Below, piece after piece: positions 49,501-64,000 of a stretch of 64,000 nt of DNA. Location: positions 97,092,001 through 97,156,000 of the forward strand of contig JANJGN010000016.1 of the NCBI GenBank assembly GCA_026770705.1. The letters run 5' to 3'. Both the position numbers and the translations under genes were made by a program. Position 1 is the first letter of the stretch. Each line of letters begins with the position of its first letter. Origin of the DNA: Isurus oxyrinchus (taxonomy: Eukaryota). The notes below the pieces were generated by a model. The model did not search any database. It was not told the DNA's origin and was given only the letters and a program-made list of their open reading frames with translations.

Positions 49501-51047
49501 TACCAGGGAGACGCAGTATCCTGGGTCTGGGTATGCGGGAGATGCAGTGTCCTGGGTCGGGGTACAAGGGAGATGCAGTTTCCTGAGTCTAGGTACGTGG
49601 GAGACGCAGTGTCCTGGTTCTGGGTATGAGAGAGAAGCTGTGTGCTGGGTCTGGGTATGAAGGAGACGCAGTGTCCTGGGTCGGGGTATGAGGGAGAAGC
49701 TGTGTGCTGGGTCTGGGTATGAGGTAAACGCAGTGTCCTGGGTCTGTGTAAAGGGGAGATGCAGTGTCCTGGGTCTGGTTATGTGGGAGACGCAGTGTCC
49801 TGGGTCTGGGTACAGGGGAGACGCAGTGTCCTGAGTTTGGGTAGAGGGTACACGCAGAGTCCTGCGTCCGGGTACAAGGGAGACGCAGTGACCAGGGTCT
49901 GGGTTGTAGGGAGTCGCAGTGTCCTGGGTCTGGGTACAGAGCAGACACAGTGTCCTGGTTCTGGGTACAATGGAGACGCAGTCTCCTCTGTCTGGGTACA
50001 AGGGAGACGCAGAGTCCTGGGTATGGGTGCAGGGGAGATGCAGTGTCTTGGGTCTGGTTACGAGGGAGATGCAGCATCCAGGGTCTGGGCATAGGGGAGG
50101 CGTAGTGTCCTGGGTCTGGGTACACCGGGAATGCAGTGTCCTGAGTCTGGATACGAGTGAGACGCTCTGTCCTGGTTCTAGGTACGATGGAAAAGCTGTG
50201 TTCTGGGTGTTGGTACAGGGGAGGCGCAGTGTCCTGGGTCTGGGTACGAGGGAGATGCAGTGTCTTTGGCATTGTTACGAGGGAAACGCAATGTCCAGTG
50301 TCTGTGTATGAGATAAATGCAGTGTCCTGGGTCTGGGTACAGGGGATACGCAGAGTCCTGCGTCCGGCTACGAGGGAGACGCAGTGTTCTGGGTCTAGGT
50401 TGGAGGGAGTCACAGAGTCCTCGGTCTGGGGACGAGGGAGACGCAGTTACCTGCGTCCGGCTACGAGGGAGACGCAGTGTCCTGGGTCTGGTTACGAGGG
50501 AGACGAAGGTCCTGGGTCTGGGTACAGGGGAGACGCAGAATGATGCATCAGTGTATGAGGGAGACGCAGTGTCCTGGTTCAGGGTACGATGGAGTCGCAG
50601 TTTCCTGGGTCTAGGTATGAGGGAGACGCAATGTCCTGGGTCTGGGTACGTGGGAGGTGCTGTGTGCTGGGTCTGGGTATGAGGAAAATGCAGTGTCTTG
50701 GGTCTGTGTAAAGGGGCGGTGCAGTGTCCTGGGTCTGGCTACGGGGGGAGACGCAGTGTCCTGGGTCTGTGTACGAGGGAGACGCAGTGTCCTAAGTCTT
50801 GTTACAAGGGTGATACTGTGTCTTGTGTCTGGGCACGGGTGTAGACGAATTGTCCTCGGTCTGAGTATGAGGGTGATGCAGAGACCTGTGTCTGGGTACA
50901 GAAGAGACACAGTGTCCTGGTTCTGGGTACAGGGGAGATGCAGTATCCTGGGTCTGGGTACAGGGGTGATGCAGTGTCCTGGGTCTGGGTACGAGGGACT
51001 CGCAGTGTCCTGGATATGGGTACAGGGGAGATGCAGTGTCCTGGGTC
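34521..51047. repeat. Satellite/minisatellite array 2, 31-bp G-rich monomer GCAGTGTCCTGGGTCTGGGTACAGGGGAGAC
   Basis: Continuous 31-bp periodicity over ~16.5 kb; blocks re-duplicated at irregular offsets (3610, 4136, 4884, 7854 bp between matching ORFs). Confidence 0.97.
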
Positions 51048-51051
51048 TTGT

Positions 51052-54000
51052 TTGACTCCCCACCAACTGCACACTGTATACTGACCCCCCAAAAACTACA
51101 CAATGTATACCGACCACCCAATACCCAAAGACTGCATACTGAACCGCCACTAACTACACGCTACATAGTGACCCCCATTAACTACACACTATATACTGAC
51201 CCCCCGCTAACTACACACTGTATACTGACCCTCGACTAACTGCACACTGTATGCTGATCCCTCACTAACTACAGGCTATACACTGAACCCCCACTAACTA
51301 CAACAAAAACAGAATTACCTGGAAAAACTCAGCAGGTCTGGCAGCATCGGCGGAGAAGAAAAGAGTTGACGTTTCGAGTCCCCACTAACTACAAGCTGTT
51401 TACTGACTCCCCACAAACTGCACACTGTTTACTGAGCCACCACTCACTGCACATTGTATATTGACCCCTCAGTAACTACACACTGTATCCTGACAGCGCA
51501 CTAACTACACATTTTACACTGACCCCCAACTAACTACACACTGGACACTGACCCCACACAAAGAACACAGTGTATAATGACCCCCCACCAACTACAAAAT
51601 GTAAACTGACCCCCCACGAACCACACACTGTATACTGACCACTCACTAACTACACGCTGTATACTGAGCACCCCACTAATTACACTCTGTATACTGACCC
51701 CCCAACAACTATACGCTTTACACTGACACCCCACTTGCTACACACTCTATACTGACCCCCCACTGACTACACGCTGAATATTGACTCCTCACTAACTACA
51801 CACTGTATTTGGCCCCCCACTAACTACACACTGGACACTGACCCCAAAATAACTACACACTGTATAATGACCCCCCCGTTACCTACAGACTGCATAGTGA
51901 CCCTCCACTAACTACACGCTATACAGTGACCCCCCACTAACTACATACTGTATACTGACCCCCTACTCAATACACACTTTATACTGACCACCCACTAACT
52001 ACATGTTGTATACTGACCACCCACTAACTGCAGACTGTATACTGAGCCGCCACGAACTACACGCTGTGTACTGACCCATCACTAACTGCACATTTATCCT
52101 GACACCTCACTAATTACACGCTGTACACTGACACTTCTCTAACTACACGCTGTACACTGACCCACCCCCACTAACTACATGCTGTATATTGACTCCCCAC
52201 CAACAGCACACAGTATACTGACCCCCCAAAAACTACACATTATATACCGACCTCCCACTAACTACACATGGTATACTGACCCCCCTACTAACTACACGCT
52301 GTATACTGACCCCCCATTAACGACACACTGTATACTGACACCCAAATAACTACAGGCTGGACACTGACCCCAACTAACTACACACTCTATACTGACAACC
52401 CACAAACTACACGCTGTATACTGACAACCTATTAACTGCACACTGTATACTGACCCCCAACGAACTACACGCTGTGTACTGACCCATCACTAACTGAACA
52501 CTTTACACTGACACCCCACTAATTACATGCTGTACACTGACCCCTCTCTAACTACACGCTGTACACTGACCACCCCACTAACTGCATGCTGTATATTGAC
52601 TCCTCACCAACTGCACACTGTATACTGACCCCCCAAAAACTACACATTGTATACCGACCTCCCACTAACTACACATGGTATACTGACCCCCCTACTAACT
52701 ACACGCTGTATACTGACCCCCCACTAACGACACACTGTATACTGACATCCAAATTACTACAGGCTGGACACTGACCCCAACTAACTACACACTCTATACT
52801 GACCACCCACTAACTACACGCTGAATATTGACCCCCCACTAACTACGCACTGTATACTGACACCCCACTCAATACACACTTTATACTGACCCCCCACTAA
52901 CTACACATTGTATACTGACACCCCATTCAATACACACTTTATACTGACAACCCACTAACTACACGCTGTATACTGACCACCCACTATCTGCACACTGTAT
53001 ACTGACCCCCCATGAACTACACGCTGTGTACTGATCCATCACTAACTGCACACTTTATACTGACACCTCACTAATTACATGCTGTACACTGACCCCTCTC
53101 TAACTACACGCTGTACACTGACCACCCCACTAACTGCATGCTGTATATTGAATCCTCACCAACTGCACACTGTATACTGACCACCCCAAAACTACACATT
53201 GTATACTGACCTCCCACTAATTACACATGGTATACTGACCCCCCTACTAACTACACGCTGTATACTGACCCCCTACTAACGGCACACAGTATACTGACAC
53301 CCCACCAACTACAAACTGTATACCGACCCCCAGCTAACTATAGCCTGGACGCTGACCCCAACTAACTACACACTGTATACTGACTCCCCAACAACTAAAT
53401 GATTTACACTGACACCCCACTAACTACACACTCTATACTGACCCCCTACTAACTACACGCTGAATATAGACCCCCACTAACTACACGCTGAATATTGACC
53501 ACCCCACTAACTACACACTGTATTCTGGCCCCCTCACTCAATACACACTTTATACTGACCGCCCACAAACTACATGATGTACACTGACCACCCACCAACT
53601 GCACACTGTATACTGACACCTTACTAATTACACGCTGTACACTGACCCCTCTCTAATTACACGCTGTACACAGAACCCCGCACTAACTGCACACTGTATA
53701 TTGACTCCCCACCAACTGCATACAGTATACTGACTCCCCAAAAGCTACACATTGTATACTGACCTCCCACTAACTACACATGGTATACTGACCCCCCTAT
53801 TAACTACACGCTGTATACTGACCCCCCACTAACGACAAACTAGTACACTGACACCCCACCAACTGCACACTTGATACTCACCGCCAATTAACTACAGGCT
53901 GGAAACGGACCAAAACTAACTACACACTGTATACTGACCCCCCAACAACTAAACGATTTACACTGACAACCCACTAACTACACACTCTATATTGACCCCC

Positions 54001-57000
54001 CACTAACTACAAGCTGAATATTGAACCCCCACTAACTACACACTGTATTCTGGCCCCCCACTAACTACACATTGGACACTGACCCCACACTAACTACACA
54101 CTGTATACTGACCCCCCACTAACTAACGCTGTTTTCTGACTACTCACTATTTAAACGCTGTATACTGACCCAAAACTAACTACACACTGTATGCTGACCC
54201 CCCACTAACTACATAATCTACACTTACCCCACATTAACTACACACTGGACACGGACCCCCAACTAACTACACATTGGACACTGACCACCCACTACCTACA
54301 GAATGCATACTGACACTCCACTAACTACACGCCCTATACTGACACCCCAGTCACTACACACTGGTCACTGACCCCCTATTAATTACACACTGTATACTGA
54401 CATCCCAACTAGCAACACACTGTATACAGACCTCCCACTAAATACACACTTTATGCTGACCCCTCACTATCTACACGCTGTGTACTGACTCTCACTAACT
54501 ACCCGCTGTACAGTGACCCCCCACTTACTACACGCTGTACATTGACTCCCCACAACCTGCACACTGTTTACTGACCCCCCAACTCACTGCACGTTGTATA
54601 CTGACCCCCCTACTAACTACACGCTGTATACTGACACCCCCAATAATTACACACTGTATACTGACACTCCAACAACTGCACGCTTTACACTGACACCCCA
54701 TTAGCTACACACTCTATACTGACCACCCACTAACTACATGCTGAATATTGACCCCCCACTAAATACACGCTGTATACTGACCAGTCACTAAGTACACACG
54801 GTATTCTGGCTCCCCACTAACTGCACACTGGACACTGGCCCCCCAATAATTACTCACTGGACACTGACTCACAAGTAACTACACGCTGGACACTGACCTC
54901 CCCTTTACTACACACTGTACACTGACTCCCACTAACTAAACACTTATACTGACCCCCCAACAACTACACGCTTTACACCGAGACCCCACTAACTATACAC
55001 TCTATACTAACACCCCACACACTACACGCTGAATATTGACCCCCACCCCCAATTTAGTACACACTGTATACTGATATCTCACTAATTGCACACTGTATTC
55101 TGGCCCCCCACTATCTACTCACAGTACAATGACCCCCCTAAAGCTACACACGGTATACTGACCACCCACTAACTACACACAGTATACCAACCCTCGACTA
55201 ACTGCACACTGTATAATGACCCCCAACTAACTACATGCTGGACACTGACGCCCCAAAAACTACAAACTGTATACTGACACCACCCCACCCCCACGAACTG
55301 CACACTATATACTGACCCCCCACCTATATACACACTGTATCCTGACCCCCCACTAACTGCACACTGTATACTGACCCCACACTAGCTTCACGCTGTATAC
55401 AGATGCTTCACTAACTGCACGCTGTATACTGACCCCGCACTAACAACACGCTGTGTACTGACCCCGCACTAACAACACGCTGTATACTGATCCCCCACTA
55501 ACTACACGCTGTATCTTGACTCCCCACAAACTGCACACTGTTCACTGACCCACCACTCACTGCACGTTGCATACTGACACCCCAGTAACTACACACTGTA
55601 TAATGACAACCCCAATATCTACACACTGTATAATGACCCCCAACTAACTACAGCCTGTACACTGACCCCCCACTAACTACAAACTGCAAACTGACACCCC
55701 TACTAACTACACACTGTATACTGACCCCCAACTAACTACACGCTGGACACTGATGCCCCACTAACTACAAACTGTATACACAACACCGCCCCCCCCCAAC
55801 GAACTGCACACTATATACTGACCACCCACTAACTTCACACTTTATACTGACTCCCCACCTATATACACACTGTATCCTGACCCCGCACTAACTGCACACT
55901 GTATACTGACCCCACACTAACTTCACGCTGCATACAGACACTTCACTAACAGCACGCTGTATACTGACCCCGCACTAACAGCACGCTGTATACTGACCCC
56001 GCACTAACAATACGCTGTATACTGACCCCGCACTAACAATACGCTGTATACTGACCCCGCACTAACAATACGCTGTATACTGACGGCCCACGAACTACAC
56101 GGTGTTTATTGACTCCCCACAAACATGCACACTGTTCACTGACCCACCACTCACTGCACATTGTATACTGACACCCCAGTAACTACACACTATATAATGA
56201 CACCCCAAAATCTACACACTGTATAATGACCCCCAACTAACTACACCCTGTACAATGACCCCCCACTAACTACAAACTGTAAACTGACCCCCCTACTAAC
56301 TACACACCGTATACTGACCCCCCACTAACTACACACTGGGTATTGACACCCCACTAAATACATGCTGAATATTGACCCCTCACTAACTGCACAATGTATA
56401 CTGACCCCACACTAACTACACACTGGACACTGACCCCACACTAACAACACACTGTATAAGACTCCCCTATAGCTACACAATGTATACTGACCACCCACTA
56501 CCCACAGACTGCAGAATGACCCTCCACTAACCACACACTATATAGTGACCCTCTACTAACCACACACCATATAATGACCCTCGACCTACTGCACGCTGTA
56601 TACTGACCCCTCACTAAATACAAGCTGTTTATTGACTCCCCACAAACTGCACACTGTTTACTGACCCACCACTCACTGCACATTGTATATTGAGCCCTCA
56701 GCAACTACACACCTTATACTGACACCGCACCAACTACACATTTTATACTGACCCCCAACTAACTACACACTGGACAGTGACCGCACACAAAGAACATACT
56801 GTATAATGACCCCCCACCAACTACACAATGAAGAATGACCCCCCACTAACTACACGCTGTATACTGACCACTCACTAACTACACGCTGTATACTGAGCAC
56901 TCCTCCACTATTTACACACTGTGTACTGACCCCCCAACAACTACATGCTTTAAACTGACACCCCACTAGCTATACAATCTATACTGACCCCCCACTGACT

Positions 57001-60000
57001 ACACGCTGAATATTGACCCCTCACTAACTACACACTGTATTCTGGCCCCCTATTAACTAAACATTGGACACTGACACCACACTAACTACACGCTGCATGC
57101 TGACCCCCCACTAACTAAACAATCTATACTTACCCCACACTAACTACACACTGGACACGGACCTCCAACTAACTACACACTGGACACTACCCCCCACTGC
57201 CTACTTACTGCATACTGACCCTCCACTAACTACACGCACTATACTGACCCCCCAGTCACTACACACTGGTCACTGACCCGCTACTAATTACACACTGTAT
57301 ACAGACCACCCAACTAGCTACACACTGTATACTGACCTCCCACTAAATACACACTGTATGCTGACCCCTCATTTTCTACACGCTGTGTACTGACTCCTCA
57401 CTAACTACACGCTGTACACTGACCCCACACTTACTACACGCTGTATATAGACTCCCCACAACCTGCACATTGTTTACTGACCCCCAACTCACTGCACACT
57501 GTATACTGACCCACCACTAACTACACGCTGGACACTGAGTTCCCACTAATTACACATTGTATACTGACCCCACTACTAACTACACGCTATACAGTAACCC
57601 CCCACTAACTACACACTGTATACTGACTCCCCACTCAATACACACTTTATACTGACAACCCACTAACTACACGCTGTATACTGACCACCCACTAACTGCA
57701 TACTGTATACTGACCCCCCACGAACTACACGATGTGCACTGACCCCTCTCTAACTACACACTGTACACTGACCCCCCCACTAACTGCATGCTGTATATTG
57801 ACTCCCCACAAACTACACACTGTATACTGACACCCCAACAACTACACGCTTTACACTGACACCCCACTAGCTACACACTCTATACTGACCCCCCACTAAC
57901 TACATGCTGAATATTGACCCCCAACTAAATACACGCTGTATACTGACCAGTCACTAAGTACACACGGTATTCTGGCCCCTCACTAACTACACACTGGACA
58001 CTGGCCCCCACTAATTACTCACTGGACACTGACTCCCAAGTAACTACACACTGGACACTGACATCCCCTTTACTACACACTGTATACTGAACTCTCACTA
58101 ACTAAACACTTATACTGAAACCCCAACAACTACACACTTTACAATGACACCCCACTAACTACACACTCTATACTGACACCCTGCACACTACATGCTGAAT
58201 ATTGACCCCCCCCCCCAACTTACTACACACTGTATACTGACATCTCACTAACTGCACACTGTATTCTGGCCCCCCACTAACTACTCACAATACAATGACC
58301 CCCCTAAAGCTACAGATGGTATACTGACCCCCCACTAACTACACACTGTATACTAACCTTCGACAAACTGCACACTGTATACTGACCCCCAACTAACTAC
58401 ACGCTGGACACTGACGCCCCACTAACTACAAACTGTATACTGACACACCCCCTGACCCCCAAAGAACTACACACTATATACTGACCACCCACTAACTACA
58501 CACTGGACAGTAACCTCAAACAAACAACACACTGTTTAAGACTCCCCTATAATTACACACTGTATAATGACCTCACATTTCCTACAACCTGCATAGTGAC
58601 CCTCCACTAACTACACGCTATACAGTAACCCCCCACTAACTACACACTGTATACTGACTCCCCACTCAATACACACTTTATACTGACAACCCACTAACTA
58701 CACGCTGTATACTGACCACCCACTAACTGCATACTGTATACTGACCCCCCACGAACTACACGATGTGCACTGACCCCTCTCTAACTACACACTGTACACT
58801 GACCCCCCCACTAACTGCATGCTGTATATTGACTCCCCACAAACTGCACACTGTATACTGACCCCCCACTAACGGCACACAGTATACTGACACGCCACCA
58901 ACTACACACTGTATACTGACCCCCAACTAATTACAGGCTGGACACTGACCACAAGTAACTACACATTGTATACTGACCCCCCAACAACAAAATGATTTAC
59001 ACTGACACCCCACTAACTACACACTCTATACTGACCCCTCACTAACTACACGCTGAATATTGACCCCCCACTAACTACACACAGTATTCTGGTCCCACAC
59101 TAACTACACATTGGACACTGACTCCACACTATATACTGACCCCCCCACTCAATACAGACTTTATACCGTCCCCGCACTAACAACACACTGTATACTGACC
59201 TCTCACTAAATACACGCTATACGCTGACACCACGCTAACTACACACTGCATACTGACCCCCACTCAATACACCCTGTATACTGATCCCCACTAACTACAT
59301 GCTGTAAACTGACCTCCCACCAACTGCACACTGTATATTGACTCCCTACTAACTGCGCACTGTTCACTGACCCACCACTCACTGCACATTTTATACTGAC
59401 ACCCCAGTAACTACACACTGTATACTGACACCCCAATATTTACACACTGGACACTGACTTCCCACTCACTTCACACTGTATATTGACACCAAACCAACTA
59501 CAAACTGTATACTGACCCCCAACTAACTACATCCTGTAAACTGACCCCTCACTAACTACAAACTGTAAACTGACTACCCCACTAATGACACGCTGTATAC
59601 TGACCCCCCACTTACTACAAACTGGGTACTGATACCTCATTAACTACATGTTGAATATTGACCCCTCACTAACTGCACAATATATACTGGACAACCACTA
59701 ACTACACTCTAGACACTGACCCCACACTAACATCACACTGTATAAGACTTCCCTATAGCTACACAATGTATACTGACCACCCACTACCCCCAGACTGCAT
59801 ACAGACCCTCCACTAACTACACGCTATATAGTGACCCCCCACAAACTACACACTGTACACTGACCCTTGACTAACTACACCCTGTATACTGACCCCTCAC
59901 TAAGTACATGCTGTACACTGACCCCCCACAAACTACAAGCTGTATATTGACTCCCCACAAACTGCACACTGTTTACTGACCCACCACTCACTGCACATTG

Positions 60001-63000
60001 TATATTGACTCCTCAGTAACTACACACTGTATACTGACACTGCACCAACTACACATTTTATACTGACCCCCAACTAACTACACACTGGACACTGACCCCA
60101 CACATAGAACACACTGTGTAATGACCCCCCACCAACTACACAATGTATACTGACCACTCACTAACTACACGCTGTATACTGACCACTCACTAACTACACG
60201 CTGTATACTGAGCCCCCCAACAACTACATGCTTTACACTGACACGCCACTAGCTACACACTCTATACTGACCCCCCACTGACTACACGCTGAATATTGAC
60301 CCCCTCACTAACTACAAACTGTATTCTGGCCCCCTATTAACTACACATTGGACACTGACACCACACTAAATACACGCTGCATGCTGACCCCCGACTAACT
60401 ACACAATCTATACTTACCCCACACTAACTACACACTGGATACGGACCCCCACCGCCTACAGACTGCATACTGACCCTCCACTAACCACACGCACTATGCT
60501 GACCCCCCAGTCACTACACACTGGTCACTGACCCGCTATTAATTACACACTGTATACTGACCACCCAACTAGCTACACACTGTATACTGACCTCCCACTA
60601 AATACACACTGTATGCTGACTCCTCACTATCTACACGCTGTGTACTGACTCCTCACTAACTACATGCTGTACACTGACCCCCCACTAACTACACGCTGAA
60701 TATTGACCCCCCACTAAATACACGCTGTATACTGACCAGTCACTAAGTACACACGGTATTCTGGCCCACCACTAACTACACACTGGACACTGGCCCCCAC
60801 TAATTAATCACTGGACACTGACCCCTAAGTAACTACACACTGGACACTGACCTCCTCTTTACTACATACTGTATACTGAACTCCCACTAACTAAACACTT
60901 ATACTGACCCCTCAACAACTACACGCTTTACACTGACACCCCACTAACTATACACTCTATACTGACACCCTGCACACTACATGCTGAATATTGACCCCCC
61001 CCCCCCCCCCCTCAACTAACTACACACTGTATACTGACATCTCACTAACTGCACACTGTATTCTGGCCCCCCACTAACTACTCACAATACAATGACCCCC
61101 CTAAAGCTACACACGGTATACTGAACACCCACTAACTACACACTCTTTATTGACCCCCCATTAACTACACACTGTGTACTAACCCTCGACTAACTGCACA
61201 CTGTTTACTGACCCACCACTCACTGCACATTGTATATTGACTCCTCAGTAACTACATACTGTATACTGACACTGCACCTACTACACATTTTATACTGACC
61301 CCCAACTAACTGCACACTGGACACTGACCCCACACAAAGAACACACTGTATAATGACCCCCCACCAACTAAACAATGTATACTGACCACTCACTAACTAC
61401 ACGCTGTATACTGAGCCTCCCCACTAATTACACATGGTATACTGACCCCCCAACAACTACACGTTTTACATTGATATCCCACTAGCTACACACTGGAAAC
61501 TGAGCACACACTAACTACACGCTGAATATTGACCACTCACTAACTACACACTGTATTCTGGCCCCCCACTAACTACACTGTGTACCCCGACCCCAAACTA
61601 ACTACACACTGTATAAGTCTCCCCAACTAACTGCACACTGTATAATGACCCCCCACTCAATACACACTTTATACTGACCCCCACTCAATACACACTTTAT
61701 ACTGACCACCCACTAACTACATGTTGTATACTGACCACCCACTAACTACACATTGTATACTGACCACCCACTAACTGCACACTGTATACTGACCCCCCAT
61801 TAACTACACGCTGTGTACTGACCCATCACTAACTGCACATTTATCCTGACATCCCACTAATTACAAGCTGTACACTGACACTTCTCTAACTAAACACTGT
61901 ACACTGACCAGCCCCCCCCACTAACTGCATGCTGTATATTGACTCCCTACCAACTGCACATTGTATACTGACCCCAAAAAAACTACACATTGTATACCGA
62001 CCTCCCATTAACTACACATGGTATACTGACCCCCCTACTAACTACACGCTGTATACTGACCCCCAAATAACTACAGGCTGGACACTGACCCCAACTAACT
62101 ACACATTCTATACTGATCACCCACTAACTACACACTGCATATTGACACCCCACTAACTACACACTGTATACTGACCCCCATTCAATACACACTTTATACT
62201 GACAACCCACTAACTACATGCTGTATCCTGACCCCCCACTAACTACATGCTGTATACTGACCACCCACGAAATACACGCTGTGTACTGACCCATCACTAA
62301 CTGCACACTTTATACTGACACCTCACTAATTACATGCTGTACACTGACCCCTCTTTAACTACACGCTGTACACTGACCACCCCACTAACTGCATGCTGTA
62401 TATTGACTCCTCACCAACTGCACACTGTATACTGACCACCCCAAAACTACACATTGTATACCGACCTCCCACTAACTACACATGGTATACTGACCCCCCT
62501 ACTAACTACACGCTGTATACTGACCACCTATTAACTGCACACTGTATACTGACCACCCACGAAATACACGCTGTGTACTGACCCATCACTAACTGCACAC
62601 TTTATACTGGCACCTCACTAATTACATGCTGTACACTGACCCCTCTCTAACTACACGCTGTACACTGACCACCCCACTAACTGCATGCTGTATATTGACT
62701 CCTCACCAACTGCACACTGTATACCCCCAAAAACTACACATTGTATACCGACCTCCCAAAAACTACACATGGTATACTGACCGCCCTACTAACTACATGC
62801 TGTATACTGACCCTCTACTAACGGCACACAGTATACTGTCACCCCACCAACTACACACTGTATACTGACCCCCAACTAACTATAGGCTGGACACTGACCC
62901 CAACTAACCACACACTGTATACTGACCCCCCAACAACTAAATCATTTACGTTGACACCCCACTAACTACACACTCTATATTGACCCCCTACTAACTACAA

Positions 63001-64000
63001 GCTGACTACTGACTCCCCACTAACTACATGCTGAGTATTGACTCCCCCACTAACTACACACTGTATTCTGGCCCCCCACTAACTACACGCTGTATACTGA
63101 CCACACACCAACTATACACTGTATACTGACCCCCCACTAACTACACGCTGTATACTGACACCCCACTCAATACACGCTGTATACTGATCGCCCACTAACT
63201 ACACGCTGTATATTGACACCCCACAAACTGCACACTGACCCACCACTCACTGCACATACTGTCAGTATACATACTGACACCCCAGTAACTACACACTGTA
63301 TACTGACACCAGCCACTACACACTGTATACTGACCCCCAACTAACTACATCCTGTACACTGACCCCCCCACTAACTACAAACTGTAAACTGACCCCCCTC
63401 ACTAACTACACACTGTAGACTGACACCCCACTAACTACACACTGGGTACTGACACCCCACTAACTACATGCTGAATATTGACCCCTCACTAACTGCACAC
63501 TGTATTCTGGCCACCCACTAACTGCACACTGGACACTGACCCCACACTAACAACACACTGTATAAGACTCTTCTATAGCTACACAATGTATACTGACCAC
63601 CCACTACCCACAGAGTGCATACAGACCCTCCAGTAACTACACGCTATATAGTGACCCCCTACTAACTACACACTGTATACTGACCCCCCAGTAACTACAC
63701 ACTGTATACTGACCCCACACTAACTACACACTGTATACTGACCCCCCACTAACTACACACTGTATAATGACCCTCGACTAACTACACACTGTATACTGAC
63801 CCCTCACTAACTACACGCTGTACACTGACTCCCCACAAACTACAAGCTGTATATTAACTCCCCACAAATTGCACTCTGTTTACTGACCCACCACTCACTG
63901 CACATTGTATATTGACCCCTCAGTAACTACACACTGTATACGGACACTGCACAGCTACACATTTTATACTACTCCCAACCAACTACACACTGGACACTGA
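51052..64000. repeat. Satellite/minisatellite array 3, ~29-bp C/A-rich monomer CTGACCCCCCACTAACTACACACTGTATA; continues beyond window end
   Basis: Continuous ~28-29-bp periodicity with a variable C-run; more diverged than array 1. Confidence 0.97.
51303..51381 (-). mobile_element. ~79-bp Penelope 3' terminal fragment inserted in array 3
   Basis: CAGAATTACC...TTTCGAGTCC is identical to 32823-32894; flanked by a duplicated CCCACTAACTACA (~13-bp apparent TSD). Confidence 0.88.

Noticed and set aside
34473-51239. Long ORFs with QCPGSGY/DAVSWVWV repeats that look like Cys-rich or keratin-associated proteins
   Set aside because: The 31-bp monomer cycles through all three frames and gives the same peptides in each; these are repeat artefacts.
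34521-64000. CRISPR-like periodicity (29-31 bp units)
   Set aside because: The units are head-to-tail with no unique spacers, there are no cas genes, and the context is eukaryotic.
1-64000. Common origin of the three satellites (shared TGGGTACA / AGTGGG / CAGT words)
   Set aside because: The shared words are only 4-8 bp and the monomers differ in length and cannot be aligned end to end by eye; not supportable without a statistical test.
51052-64000. Telomeric or interstitial telomere repeat (CTAAC resembles CCCTAA)
   Set aside because: No tandem CCCTAA hexamers; the period is ~29 bp.

Overview
Eukaryotic vertebrate DNA, probably a cartilaginous fish judging from the CR1 and Penelope tail sequences (inference). 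About 48 of the 64 kb is three different minisatellite-type arrays: a ~25-bp unit at 1-18.7 kb with nested 1314/5015/6353-bp higher-order repeats, a G-rich 31-bp unit at 34.5-51.05 kb, and a C-rich ~29-bp unit at 51.05-64 kb. The only host coding sequence I can find is one 120-bp phase-1/phase-1 fibronectin type III exon on the minus strand (18992-19111) that resembles tenascin-R. The 19.2-34.5 kb interval is a nest of decayed retroelements: two CR1 LINEs, two solo LTRs, Penelope-like elements carrying minimal hammerhead ribozymes, and a ~9.4-kb endogenous retrovirus with a tRNA-Ser PBS. The most unusual item is this provirus. It has no recognisable RT but carries three successive integrase-tail/env modules: one env that looks fusion(F)-protein-like and two gamma-type (CWIC) envs. 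Nearly all ORFs in the supplied track are artefacts of tandem repeats. All family assignments are from motif recognition by eye, not from database searches.
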